64,000 bases of DNA from contig CP154954.1 in NCBI GenBank assembly GCA_039621445.1, positions 14,743,667 to 14,807,666 of the forward strand, given 5' to 3'. The position numbers and the translations under genes were made by a program. The notes below the pieces were generated by a model. That model made no database searches and was not told the DNA's origin. It saw only the letters and a list, made by a program, of their open reading frames with translations. Origin of the DNA: Euglena gracilis (taxonomy: Eukaryota). The first letter of the stretch is position 1. The number at the start of each line of letters is the position of its first letter. Positions 1 through 11,989 of the stretch are shown one piece after another.

Positions 1-1659
1 TTTTTGCAAGTAAAAAGTACACAAGTGGTCGATGTGTGCAAATGCAAACATCGACCATTTGGCAAAAATATTCAGGTAGTCGGTGTGTGCAAATGCACGA
101 ACTGACCATTTTGCACAGATCCACAAATGGTTGGCGTATGCAAATATGCACGTGTTCAGTGTACCGCAATCCATCTCTTCAGCTGAAGTTGTGGAAAAGA
201 TCTTTTTTTTTGCCTCATAAAAAGTTAAAAGCTGCCTTTTTTGTTTTCAGCTGGTCAAATTGTTTAAGGTTTGTGAATGGGAACAGTGTGCAATGTGCGA
301 CGAAGAACGGTTGCAAACGTCCCTCTGTTTTTTTTTAGCATTTTGACGGTTTATGTAAACCGACATGAAAACGATTGGAGGTAGGAGATAAGACATTCAT
401 TGCCCATGGAGCGGAGGCAATCGTTTTGTCACAGAACGTGACCTACCGAACAGGATGCACTGCCAGAGACCGGAATTTCTTCCCCGTGTAATCATTCAGC
501 ATCCACAATGGTTGTTCACCAAAAAAAACAAGTTCCAGAATTCAAAGTGTGCATCTATAATCTTCTGGTTACCTGGGTCTGGAGCCGGTTTCCCATTTTT
601 TACACCGTGCTGTTTCAAATCAAATCTCAAATATCTGTATCCAAAACACCACCTTTTTGTTGCTCTTGTGGCTACACTTGTGATGATGCCAGTTTTCTAT
701 GGACCTGAAGCATGTCCCCCCCCCAATTCTGATTACCCGGTCGTAGAGGATAACGTACCAGCCTCGGTGGTGGTTGTTGACAGCCTGGTGGCTGCCAGAA
801 CGCCATAACCTGCAATCATGTAATGTGACGGCTGCGGCCAAACGAAATCAATGGGACGAACGGCAAGGGCTTTTGAGGATTAACCATCGACCCATTGGCG
901 CGGGTGAGCGTGAGGCGCGACGTGCTCTTGGTTAACCGCATACCAGAGGTCTTTGTCTCCATTTTGACCTTTAGAGCAGAGGATGTGGCAGCTGGACTCG
1001 TGCAAACCCGAAGATACCAATGCCGGTGGTGGTTGGGGCGGCATACGATGTGGTCTGTTTGAACAAACACATCCCCATTATGGACCATTTCCCCTGCGGC
1101 CTGCACACAACTTGACAAACACCCCAGACACGCCCTCTTTCCCTCTCCTAAACCCCCCATCATTTTTAAATAAGATGTTTATCACCCCTGATCCCACTAT
1201 GGGTATGAAAACCGAATTGCACAAAAAAAAAAGCTTTTTTCCCGTTTTCATCCCCAAACAAAAATAACAAAATAAATTATTTCACCCCCACACCCCCCCC
1301 CAATGCTCCTTCAGAAAGAAAGTTGTTTTTACCCCACAACCCGTGAGGGAAAATTATTTGTGGGGGTGTTGAAGACGTATTTTTGGGATCATTTTTTTTC
1401 ATTATCGTTCGCGACAATTAATTTTCTGTAACATTTTTTGATGAATAAAATACAATTCTACTGCAGCTCAATTGGCAGAGTGTCTATTTTGTGTGATTTT
1501 CAGATTATATGAGGCACCTGGCTCCTCACTCGAGCCTCCTGGAGCCTCCTTCAGGTGACCTCCTCGGCCGGGTTCCATTTTTTTGGAGACCCCAAGGCAG
1601 GAAAAAACAAAAATGTCTATCAAAATTCCGAGGAGAAGCGGAGAGAAAAACCGGGTGTT

Positions 1660-1661
<2 letters not shown>

Positions 1662-1692
<31 letters not shown>

Positions 1693-1888
1693 CCAAGCCT
1701 GCCGTGCATGCCGGGGATTTTGTGCCATCCAGAAATAAAAAACAGCTCGAAAAAAAACAAGAAATCAGTCAAAGCAGGATTGACAGCCCCCAAAGAAGAG
1801 AATTCGCTTGGATCTGTCACACTCGTACTCCCCATCGATCCAAGTCCTCGGAGTCCTGGAAGTGCTGTCGAAGAAATCAAATTCCAGA

Positions 1889-1918
<30 letters not shown>
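1662..1918. repeat. Two (GT)n microsatellites (~1662-1691 and ~1894-1918)
   Basis: Direct observation. Other short (GT)/(CT) runs are at ~28784-28841 and ~48842-48882. Confidence 0.95.
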
Positions 1919-1923
<5 letters not shown>

Positions 1924-3100
1924 CCACACCAACCAAAAGAAGTCTATGTGCGAGTTACACCACCCAACCACCCAAGTCAGTAAAAAATGTGTCGTCGTGG
2001 CATTTCAAGTCAGTTTGGCACCCCGCCACCCACCCACCCACTGCTGGAAAGGGCTGTTGTGTCCAATGTGGCTTTGGCCTTTAGTCTTTGGCCTTTAATG
2101 GCCATTCCAGTGTCGGCCATTCCCATGTTCTCACTCCCACATCACAGCCATATAGCCACTGTGTGGGCCATGTTTGCCGCATTCTTTTTAGTTTACACCT
2201 CCTGCTACAAGTTCATATGTGCTGCTGCTCTTTTCCAGATATTTTCATTTTCATTCACCCTTTCTCAACTCACCCCATTCTCTTTTTGATTTCTGATTCT
2301 GATTCTTTATATATTTTTTTTATTGAACTTGAACACCAGAAAAATGGACAACCTCAGTGAGATGTGAAGAAACCACGACTCTTTTTGGAAGGGTATTTGG
2401 AAGGGCAACTCACATACACACATCAAAAATCTCTCTGAAATGATACGGATGAATCTGGGGTTGTTCCATTGGAACTGGTTGCTCCAGCATAGCAAGTGTG
2501 TTGCAAGTATGTTGCTGAGATAGACAGACCGGTAGGCACCCAAATAATGCGAAACACAAAGAATGAGAGGAAGGGGCAGGGTTGGAGTGTCTACCCAGGG
2601 ATTTCGGGAACCTTCAAAACCCAATGTGTGATGTGTGATGGGTGGTGTGCGGAGTGGTTGACTCCCCACCCCCCAGCCAGGCCATATTACTGGGGCTGGC
2701 AGTGGGGTTGCCGGTTTTTAGATCGGAATTCCCACCAGTCTTCCCGTGCGCCCTTCCCCCCCCCTCTTAGGGGGCACCCACAAGACTCTTGGGGTCCCCT
2801 GCTGGAGGCGGGGTTTTGGCTATTTTTGGCACGAGGCACCGACTTTTTTTTACCCTCCAAATTACCTCCCAAAAGTGGGTCCCCAGACCTGTCTCTCCCC
2901 AGAGTGGTGGGGGTGGACCCCTGTGCTGGTATCCCTGGCTGGGGGCTGGGGGGGAACCGGGACCCCCCCCTAGTCTTTCAAGAAAAACCCTGATTTATAT
3001 GCAAGAGAGAGAGGCAGATATTAGCGATTCCGGAGAGGCAGATATTGGTTGTTATGTACATTGCATTACATTTTGTAATTCCATTTTTGTCATCCTCTGA

Positions 3101-5894
3101 GGGTCCCAGAAAATTTGGAATCCTCACTTTTGGTTACCTGGAGCCTCCAGGGAGGCTCCAGGGAGGCTGGTTACCTGAGCCTCCCTGGAGCCTCCCTGGA
3201 GCCTCCTGGACGCTCCCTAAAAAGGGAGCCTCCCTGGAGGCTGGTTACCTGAGCCTCCCTGGAGCCTCCCTGGAGCCTCCTGGAGGCTCCCTAAAAAGGA
3301 GGCTCCAGGGAGGCTGGTTACCTGAGGAGCCTCCTGGAGCCTCCCTGGAGCCTCCTGGAGCCTCCGGCAGGTAACCAATTTTGTACACAGGCCATGTTCA
3401 ACCCTCCATCTTTGCATCCGTTATATATTTACACACACAAATGACGTTTGTTTGTTTGCTATTTATGCCATGCCCCGCCAATTGCAGAAAGAATTGAAAA
3501 CCATTTATCTATTTGCCACAAAGACGCCATGTCCGCCTGATTTTGCTTTTACGGTTTTCCCGTACGCTGTGTCTGCCGATTTGTTGAAAACCATTTGTCC
3601 ATTTGCCACAAAGACGCCATGTCCTCCTGAATTTGCTTTCACCGTTTACCCGTTTGCTATTTACGCTTTGTCCGCCAAATTTTGTCCACACAAAAGGATG
3701 TTGTTATTAGGGAGCAGGGGAGGGGGGAGGGGGGTAGGGGGGAGAGGGGAAGGGGGTGGGGGGAGGGGTGGTCCGGGGGGGAGGGGGGCGGGGGGAGGGG
3801 GGAGGGGGGAGGGGGGCGGGGGGGAGGGGGCCGCAGGCCCCCTCCCCCCGCCCCCCCTCCCCCTCCCCCCTCCCCCTCCCCCCGCCCCCTCCCCCCCGGG
3901 CACAGCCAAACAAACACCACTTTGGATTTCACATGACCCTTTTTTTTTGCACGGCAAATAATTAGGTACAATTCTGGCCAAATAAAGGCATTTTTGGCTT
4001 CAATTAAGCTCTATGTTGCCTCCCAGCCTCCCATTTCACCCATCTTGGCTTTTTTGCAAAATGGTTTTGTTTTGTTTGCTAATTTCGGCTAATTTGCATT
4101 GATTTGGGCAAATAATGGGCTAATTTGGGTCAAAATACAGACGCTGTACAAGATACAGATGCAGGACAAGATGTCGTGGACGTAGATCCTAGACGAGATG
4201 CAGATGCTAGACAAAATGCAAACGCTGCACAAGATGCAGATGCTGGACAAGATGTCGTGGATGCAGATGCTGGACAAGATGCAGATGTTGGACAAAATGC
4301 AGTGGACGGAGATGCTAGACAAGATTCAGATGCTCGACAAAATGCAGTGGACGGAGATACTGGACGAGATGCAGATGCTGGGCAAAATGCAGACACTGGA
4401 CAGGATGCAGCTGGACAAGATGTCGTGCACGTAGATGCTGGACAAGATGCAGATGCTGGACGAAATGCAGACGCTGGACAAGATGCAAACGCCGGACAAG
4501 ATGCAGTGGTTGCAGATGCTGGACGAGATGCAGATGCTGGACAAAATGCAGACGCCGGACAAGATGCAGATGCAGGACAACATGTCGTGGACGCAGATGC
4601 TGGACAAGATGCAGATGCTGGACAAAATGCAGTGGACGCAGGCACTGGACGAGATGCAGATGCTGGACAAAATGCAGACGCTGGACAAGATGCAGATGCA
4701 GGACAAGATGTCGTGGACGCAGATACTAGATGAGATGCAGATGCTAGACAAAATGCAAATGTTGCACAAGATGCAGATGCTGGACAAGATGTCATGGATG
4801 CAGATGCTGGACAAGATGCAGATGCTGGACAAAATGCAGTGGACGGAGATGCTGGACAAGATGCAGATGCTGGACAAAATGCAGATGTTGGACAAGATGC
4901 AGATGATGGACAAGATGCAGTGGTTGCAGATGCTGGACGAGATGCAGATGCTGGACAAAATGTGGACACTGGACAAGATGCAGATGCTGGACAAGATGTC
5001 GTGGACGCAGATGCTGGACAAGATGCAGATGTTGAAATTAGCCAAAAGCAAATCTCAGAACTCCAGAACAACAAAACCAGAAATGTTCCTGCTGCAGACC
5101 AGTTCGCAGTGCTTCAATCGCAGTTCCTTGGACAACATGCAAATGCTAGACATGATGTATTGGTTGTAGATGTTGGAAAAGATGCAGATGCTGGACAACA
5201 TGCAGTGGTTGCAGATGCTGGACAAGATGCGGATGCTGGACAAGATGCATATGCTGGACAAGATGCAGTGGATGCACATATTGGACGAGATGCAGATGTT
5301 GGACAAGATGTACATGCTGGACAAGGTGCAGAGACCACACAATATGCAAATACTGGACAAGACGTTGACATTGGACAAGATTCAGACACCGGACAAGATT
5401 GAATGCTATTCAAGATGCAGACGTTGTCCAGATGTTTCACGTCTCTTCTTCTTGTGCCTTCTCGCTTCTTGTGCCTGCAATATCCCATGTCACATCCCCG
5501 GCGAGTAACTGCTGATTCATGCATTTCGAGTCTACAACACCACCGATTGCATCACGGCCCACGACTTCTCCCATTGTCGGCCTGTGTACACAAAACCGGT
5601 AACCCGAGCCTCCCTGGAGCCTCCAGGGAGGCTGGTTACCTGAGCCTCCCTGGAGCCTCCCTGGAGCCTCCTGGAGGCTCCCTAAAAGGGAGCCTCCCTG
5701 GAGGCTGGTTACCTGAGCCTCCCTGGAGCCTCCCTGGAGCCTCCTGGAGGCTCCCTAAAAAGGAGGCTCCAGGGAGGCTGGTTACCTAAGCCTCCATGGA
5801 GCCTCCCTGGAGCCTCCCTGGAGCCTCCCTGGAGCCTCCATGGAGCCTCCGGCAGGTAACCTCCAGTGCAGGATTCCATTTTTGCGGTAGACCC
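3101..5894. mobile_element. Non-autonomous cargo-carrying foldback/MULE-like DNA transposon with 9-bp TSD
   Basis: Perfect TSD ATCCTCTGA at 3092-3100 and 5895-5903; single empty site ATCCTCTGA at 41532-41540 in copy B. Imperfect TIRs GGGTC..AAAA.TGGAATCCT.CACT..GGTTACCTG; GGAGCCTCC arrays at ~3132-3377 and ~5598-5862; no transposase ORF. Superfamily assignment is inferred from the TSD length and modular ends. Confidence 0.9.
4135..5400. repeat. 18-bp minisatellite (GATGCAGATGCTGGACAA) with 27-bp variants, carried as transposon cargo
   Basis: Visible tandem array, interrupted by a non-repetitive insert at ~5034-5128. Confidence 0.95.
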
Positions 5895-6752
5895 ATCCTC
5901 TGACACGAATCAACCAAATATTCCTAGGGCATGTCATTTTGCAACTCACAGCTCCCAATTCTCCCAATATATAGTTTGCTTGTTATTCGGTTCTGAGTTA
6001 GGAACAAAATATGATTTCTTCCATTTTCCATCCTTGTCCGTTGCCTGTCAACAGAACCTTTATTTGTGCCGTTGCTGCTGCAGCAGGTCATTTTTTTTTT
6101 CCACTCAGTCCATCGCCGTGGAATACTGATGCAACTGAGTAATTGCGAAGTCCGCTGGGTGAGAGGGAGGGAGGAACGTTTGCCCTGCCCTGTTGTTGCC
6201 AGTCAGCCTTTGTCACAAACAGCCCAGACGCTGCAGAACGAGGGGGCCACACAGTAATGTTCACCTCACGTTTCCAAACAAAGGCCATCCTGAAGCAATA
6301 ATTTCCCCGGATTGTCGCTGTTTTTAATTTGAAATTAACCCAAGCGAACCAGCGCCTCTTTTCACCGTTTTTGTATGCATACCTCGCACACAAAAGTACA
6401 TTCATAGAACACAGGAGCAGTCGACGTGGCGATATTTGTGAATGTTGAAAGTTGATAATTGGACAAAGGTCCCCCCTGAAATTATAATACCAGAGATTTT
6501 CAATCCAGAGGAGAGTGGAGAAGAACGGAAGTCCAGATAACTCCGTGTACCACGGTGTTTATTTGATATATGTTCCAAGAATGAGACCGGTGAAATGGAG
6601 CAGGAGCACACCACGCTGCGGACCAGTTCCTTGGAGCCTTTTTGCTCCAAGGTTGTAGTAGAACCTCCCCCCTCGTGATAGCTGACCTTCAACCTCAGCC
6701 ACAAGACAAGGAGCCTGGCTTCTGGTTCTGTAACATATGATTCATATATAAT

Positions 6753-7771
6753 GGGGATGCCCACCCCGCAGTGCCGGCACTGCGTGGCACTGCATGGCAC
6801 CGCGTGGCACTGCGTGGCACTGCGGGCCGTTTACAGGGAGGGGCAAAATATGCACCGTGCAGTTTTTGCAGTTTTTTGCAGTTTTCACATTTTGGGTTTT
6901 TTGCAGTTTTTTGCAGTTTTTTTGCAGTTTTTTGCAGCTTTTTTTTTCTGAAAAAAAACTACACACGTGCAGTTTTTTGCAGTTTTTTTTGATTTCAGTT
7001 TTGAGGAAACCTGAGGTGCTCATTTTTTGGTGCTCTGCGCCTTGTTACGCTGTATATATTGTTTGAAGGGTGTTTCTCAAGAAAAAGTCTCTCAAGAAAT
7101 CTCTTCATGAGTTGTGATGTGTACAGTAATCCCGCCAGTTGTCTTGATCCAACTGTTTGCGAGATTCGTGGAGACGCAAAGGAGCACGAGCTTTGCAGAA
7201 GATTGGGCCTTGTCCCAAGCATTTTGGCCAAATATCACACAAGCCAAATGCTTCAAAGAAGTCATCCTTATTTGCAAGAAATTCCCAGACCATTCGGCAA
7301 TCCCCTAAAGACAGTATTCAAAGTTTGTGATGGTTGTTGTAGATTTTTTTTTAGTTTCGTAGATTTTTCTGCATCGTGACATGGGTGAAGTTCACCAGGT
7401 GATGGACCAAATGTTCCAAAACTGAACATCCCATTCATGAATTAAAAGCATAGAAACTTTCTGCATATGGGTATGTGCATTTTATTATGTGAACCAGCAT
7501 CCAAACCAAACACATGACGTGTGTTCGACATTTCTAGCCAGATGTGGCAAATTGGCCCAAAAAGGCAAAAAGTTGCACAAAACAACCACAATTGCCCTTG
7601 ATGGCCCTAAAGTTCCAATGATGCAAAAACTAGTTTTAAGGGCCCGCAGTGCCACGCAGTGTGACGCAGTGCCACGCAGTGCCACGCAGTGCCCACGCAG
7701 TGCCACGCAGTGCCACACGCAGTGCCACACGCAGTGCCACGCAGTGCCGGCACTGCCGGGTGGGCATCCCC
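6753..7771. mobile_element. Foldback-like non-autonomous element with modular TIRs built from 10-bp GCAGTGCCAC repeats
   Basis: Left end GGGGATGCCCACCCCGCAGTGCCGGCACTGCGTGG is inverted relative to right end CCACGCAGTGCCGGCACTGCCGGGTGGGCATCCCC. The paralogous site at ~42399-42423 lacks the insert. No clean TSD (AAT/AAA). Confidence 0.8.
6834..7030 (+). mobile_element. One-ended CAGGG-start MITE fragment with (TTTTTTGCAG)n array
   Basis: Highly similar to 25820-26000 in a different flanking context. Confidence 0.65.
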
Positions 7772-10700
7772 AAAGTCAATTTCCCACACAGGGGATTTCT
7801 TAAGGACCCCGGGGGGGTCCAGCCTCTGGCTGGAAAAAAGGCCGCTCACAGCCATTTTTGTGATTGTCATTCAGCCATTTGGCTATTTTTTTTACTTGGT
7901 TTAGTGTTTTGTGCATCTTTTTTTTTGGCTGCTTTGTTACTTCTGCCATTACTTTCTGGCTGATTCTGGCTGACTCGGTCATTTTTCAGTGACATTTTCC
8001 TTGTTGTTGGCATTTCTGAAGCGATATTACGATCAATCTTTCTGTTTTCATTGGTTGCAGCAATTTCTGGGTGGATCTCCCCAGTCGGCGCAGTCACTGT
8101 TGCAATTCCAAATAATTACGGATAATTATGGATCGCAACAAATGGTGCCCCATGCTCTGATTGTTGTCTTATTGACCACCTCTCAATAGCGATGCGAGGC
8201 TTGCAGCTGTCATTCAGTCTCCGCCTAAGACCCCGTGACCTGGTTGCTGTTGCCGTGCCCACGCCTGACGTAAACACCCCATCTCCTCACCCGTGACCCA
8301 TGACCCATATCTATTCACTCCGTACTTTGTTTGACGAGGTGTTCTCTCGCATTCCAAGCAGGGAGCCGCTTAAGCCGAAGGGCGCCTCATCCCCAGGCCC
8401 ACCAAATTTCTAAACGTACAAAGTTGGCCCCCTAAGGTTGCCCCCCACCTTTCATTCAATCATGACGTGGTTCACATGTGTCGAAGTTTTCGCCGTTCCG
8501 GGTTCCCCACTTGTCTGTGGACCCCGGGGTATTAACCAGGTTTTGTGCAGTGCTGAGCCCCTGACGTTGCCATTGCTGCAGCAAATGTTTGAGGATTGTG
8601 GCCAGGCCCAGCAGCCCGGCCCGGTCTGGTGGAACGGCCGTTAGCCCAGCCTGGCAGCCCACCGCTTTCCCGGCCTGGAAGCCCGGCGGCCGGCCCGTTC
8701 GGCAACCTGGCAGCCCGGCAGCCCGGCCCTGCCCGGCTGGCACCCGGCGGCCGGACTGGCAGCCCGGCTGGCCTGGGTCCGGGAGACCCAAAAATATGTT
8801 TTGGGCATTTTTTTTCGATTCTTTTCGACATTTTGGACCCGGAGTTTTATTCGACTTTTTTGACCCGGAAATGACCCAAGGTGCTGGGAAGCTGGCGGGT
8901 CGAAAAGCGTTCATTTACCCCTGGAAAACAGCTTTTTGGCCAATAACATGGTTCTGCGGCAAAAAGAATTTTCCGCTCGCTGCTTTTTTTTAAGCCCCGA
9001 AATGGCCGAAAACGAAGGAACCCCACGCTGTTTTGGGCAGTAAATTGGTCATATCTCGCGCTAGGTGGGGATTTATGGGGAAGTCAAAATATCATTAGAT
9101 AAAGCGTTCCAAGGGCTTCAATTTAGGTCTCCGGATATTTCCTTTGATTTTGCTTCATTTCCAAGATATTTTTGAAACCTCGATATTTCGGCCCCGAAAA
9201 CAGCCCAAGATGGCCCCAGAAACAGGCAAAATTGGCCGGAAAATGGCTGTAATTTGGGCTGCACGAAGAGTTTGGGTTCAGTAAAACATTGTTGGATATT
9301 TCATTCTTGGGCTTTTTTTCTGTACTGTGTACTGTTTCTTTTTTTTTTCTTGATGTATTTCGAAGTAAAATCGGGTTTTTTGATTGAAAATCGACCCAAA
9401 AAAAAAACTCAGGCGGGACATCTCGCATTTGAGATTTTTTTCTTTGTTGATGTGCACAATTGCACACATTGACATCTTTCAGACATCTTTTATGAAAATG
9501 ACATGATATAACCCCTAAAAAACCGAAAATGTGAACAAGATGTGATGGGGTGCCCCAAGACGCGGAGGTGAAAACAGGGATTTTAGTCGAGAGGATGCCC
9601 AGGAACAGGCATCACTGTGATCCCCAGGTGAAAATGGTCATTTTGTTCTTTGCCTAGTTTTGTTCCATTAAAAAGTTCCAAATATATGCAAAACGGGCAG
9701 TTTTGGCAGGTTTTGGGGGGGGGTCAAATAAAAAAATTCCGGTGCTTCGAGCCGGTCACTTGTAACAAAACCACCACCAACCTGCAAGCGGACCCCCCTG
9801 GGCCCAAGCGAAATTTGGTTTCTGGTGGCTTGCAAAATGGCTAGCTAGTGGATCCAGCAGGGATAGATGGGAAGTCCTTCAGCTTTGAGTAGGTGGTGGG
9901 AGGGTCCAGACCTTCCTGGGGGTGAGGTGCGAGGCCCCAGATGTAGGGAGGGAGTGGCCAGACCTCCACCCCCCATCCTGGGCTGGTTTCAAAAGTAGCG
10001 AAAAATTTTCCTCCGGTGCTGCGCCCAAAGACAGCCCAGCAAGACATGAGGGCCAGTTGGGGGAGATTGGGGGACCCGCACCTCGGACCTCCCAGGGGTC
10101 CAGTTAGTAGCTTTTCCAGTGGCGATTTTTCAGACCGCCCGATTATTACAGTTCCTCATTTTTCATTACAAATCGTCCCATCATGCTGTTTTTTTTTGGT
10201 ACTGGCACTCGATTAGCCGCCCCTGGTTCTGAACCTTTGCAATCTGACCAAGTTTTACAATAATCATTTTTTGTTCTGTCCTAGTTAGTTTGTATGTTAT
10301 AGTAAGACAATATTTTCCTTCCCACCTCACTCGTTGCACTGCAACCACTTTGACGATGCCGTGTCTTTGCCTGTGGTGACAGAAGGTGCTTTGTTTGCAG
10401 CTGTCTGTGCAGTGTCCACTGAACTGCACTGCAAGAGTGTGATATTTGTTGTTGTTTTTTTACTTTTTTTTCTTGTTTGGCTCCCTGTTTGTGTTTTGAG
10501 GCACTTCCCCCCCCCCCCATGTGTTATGAACCCCTGAACAGGGGGGGTCCGAACCTTCCAGTTTGTCAGCTTTCATAGCACAGAAAAAGCCCATACACCC
10601 GCGCTCAAAGAATTTACCCAATTCGGACTCTCCAGATTTCATTTTGGTGTCTAATCTATACATCTCTCTAAGCTTTTGCGCAACCCCCCGGGGGCGGGGG

Positions 10701-11989
10701 GGGGCGGCTGCAGCCAGCCCCGATTTGGGCCCAGCCCAGCCGCAGCAGCACCCCGGGGGGGGTGCTGCTAGTCCAGCTAGCCAGCCCCTTTTTGGGGGTC
10801 CAGCCCAAAATTTTTCGGCGCAAAGCGCCGAAATTTTTTGAAAAACTGTGTTCAAAAGTGGCCAAAAATGGGGTTTTGGGGGCGTTTGGGGCATTTTTGG
10901 GGGGTTTCAGATGCATCATTTTTTCAAAACTGTGTTCTGCAGGTCATTTTTGGGCATTTTTCCGATTTCAGTCCAGCTCGCCCCGGGGGGCCGGGTCCAG
11001 CCCCCCCCCCCCCCGGGGGGGGGGCTGGGCTAGCCAGTGCAAGATTTGCTAGCCCCAGCCCAGCACCCCCCCCCCCGTTTTCCTTATAATGTGCATTTTT
11101 CTGTCGGAAACAGACGTTCTCTGATGAAAATGGTGTATCCACCCGAAATTTTTTCAACTTTCTTCTGGAGGACTCCCTTGAGGGGCTTCGTGTTTTTTTT
11201 GGGCTGTTTTGGGAGTTTAGCAATCTTTTTGTGTGCGACTTCCGGAATTTCTGGGACAAAGAGGGGGTTGGCTTTCAGAATTTGAAAGTAGCAAGTTTGA
11301 CTGATTCAGCCTGCGTCCATCAACCAATCGCACCGCTGACAACTAATTGTACAGCTTCCCACGCTTTCCCGTGCTTCGAGCCCAGGCTTCTGCAGTTGCG
11401 CTGAAATGCTAAATTGGTGTAAGGAGAGAATGGGGGGCAAGCGCCTGGGGGTGGTGGGGAGCTCCCCTCACCATGTTCAAAAACTACGACATGTGCGCAG
11501 AATCGGCACATTACCCACGCCGGGGGGGGGGGGGGGGCGCAAGCGCCGGGGTGAGTGGAATCCAGACCAAAGCTCGGTGTGCTTCGGAGAAAAGAACCGG
11601 AAGCCTTTTTTTCCGCAGAAGTCTCTCCCCATTCCTTTTGGTAGTCGCTTCATGGAAGACGTTCGGCAAGCTTGGCAACATTGAGGTGGTGAAGTGGCGC
11701 AAGTCGAGCCCCGCTTCATCTTGCAGCCCCGAAGCTGGTTGTTGCTGGCCCAGGGTGAGGTCCCCTGGGCCCAAGAAAACGTTTGGTGGTGCTTTGCTGA
11801 TTCTTTGGCACAATGCAGTCACCCTCGCCTACGCACCCAATGACCAAGCTACCTCTCTGCATTTGAGCATTGAAATGGTAACCGATACCGCTGACGTTAT
11901 TGTTTGCTTCGGGGGGCACACCTCTTGCAATCTGAAGTGTGCCACTGGCTGAATGACTCTCCTTCCCAGCCTGCCATAGGGTGGACTCT

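Noticed and set aside
1790-1890. LamG-like motif (RIWIDGELDC in the copy B paralog), plus C-type-lectin-like NWSPSEPKN at ~38140 and Myb-like WTQAESVKL at ~11300
   Set aside because: Each is a short motif in a frame with stops or frameshifts and could arise by chance.
3132-3377. CRISPR-like look of GGTTACCTGAGCCTCC repeats
   Set aside because: No unique spacers, no cas genes, and the repeats are subterminal arrays of a TSD-flanked element.
4130-5169. Long ORFs in several frames (ASASCP, MQMLDK, SSICIL repeats)
   Set aside because: They follow from a stop-poor 18-bp tandem unit and are not evidence of a CDS.
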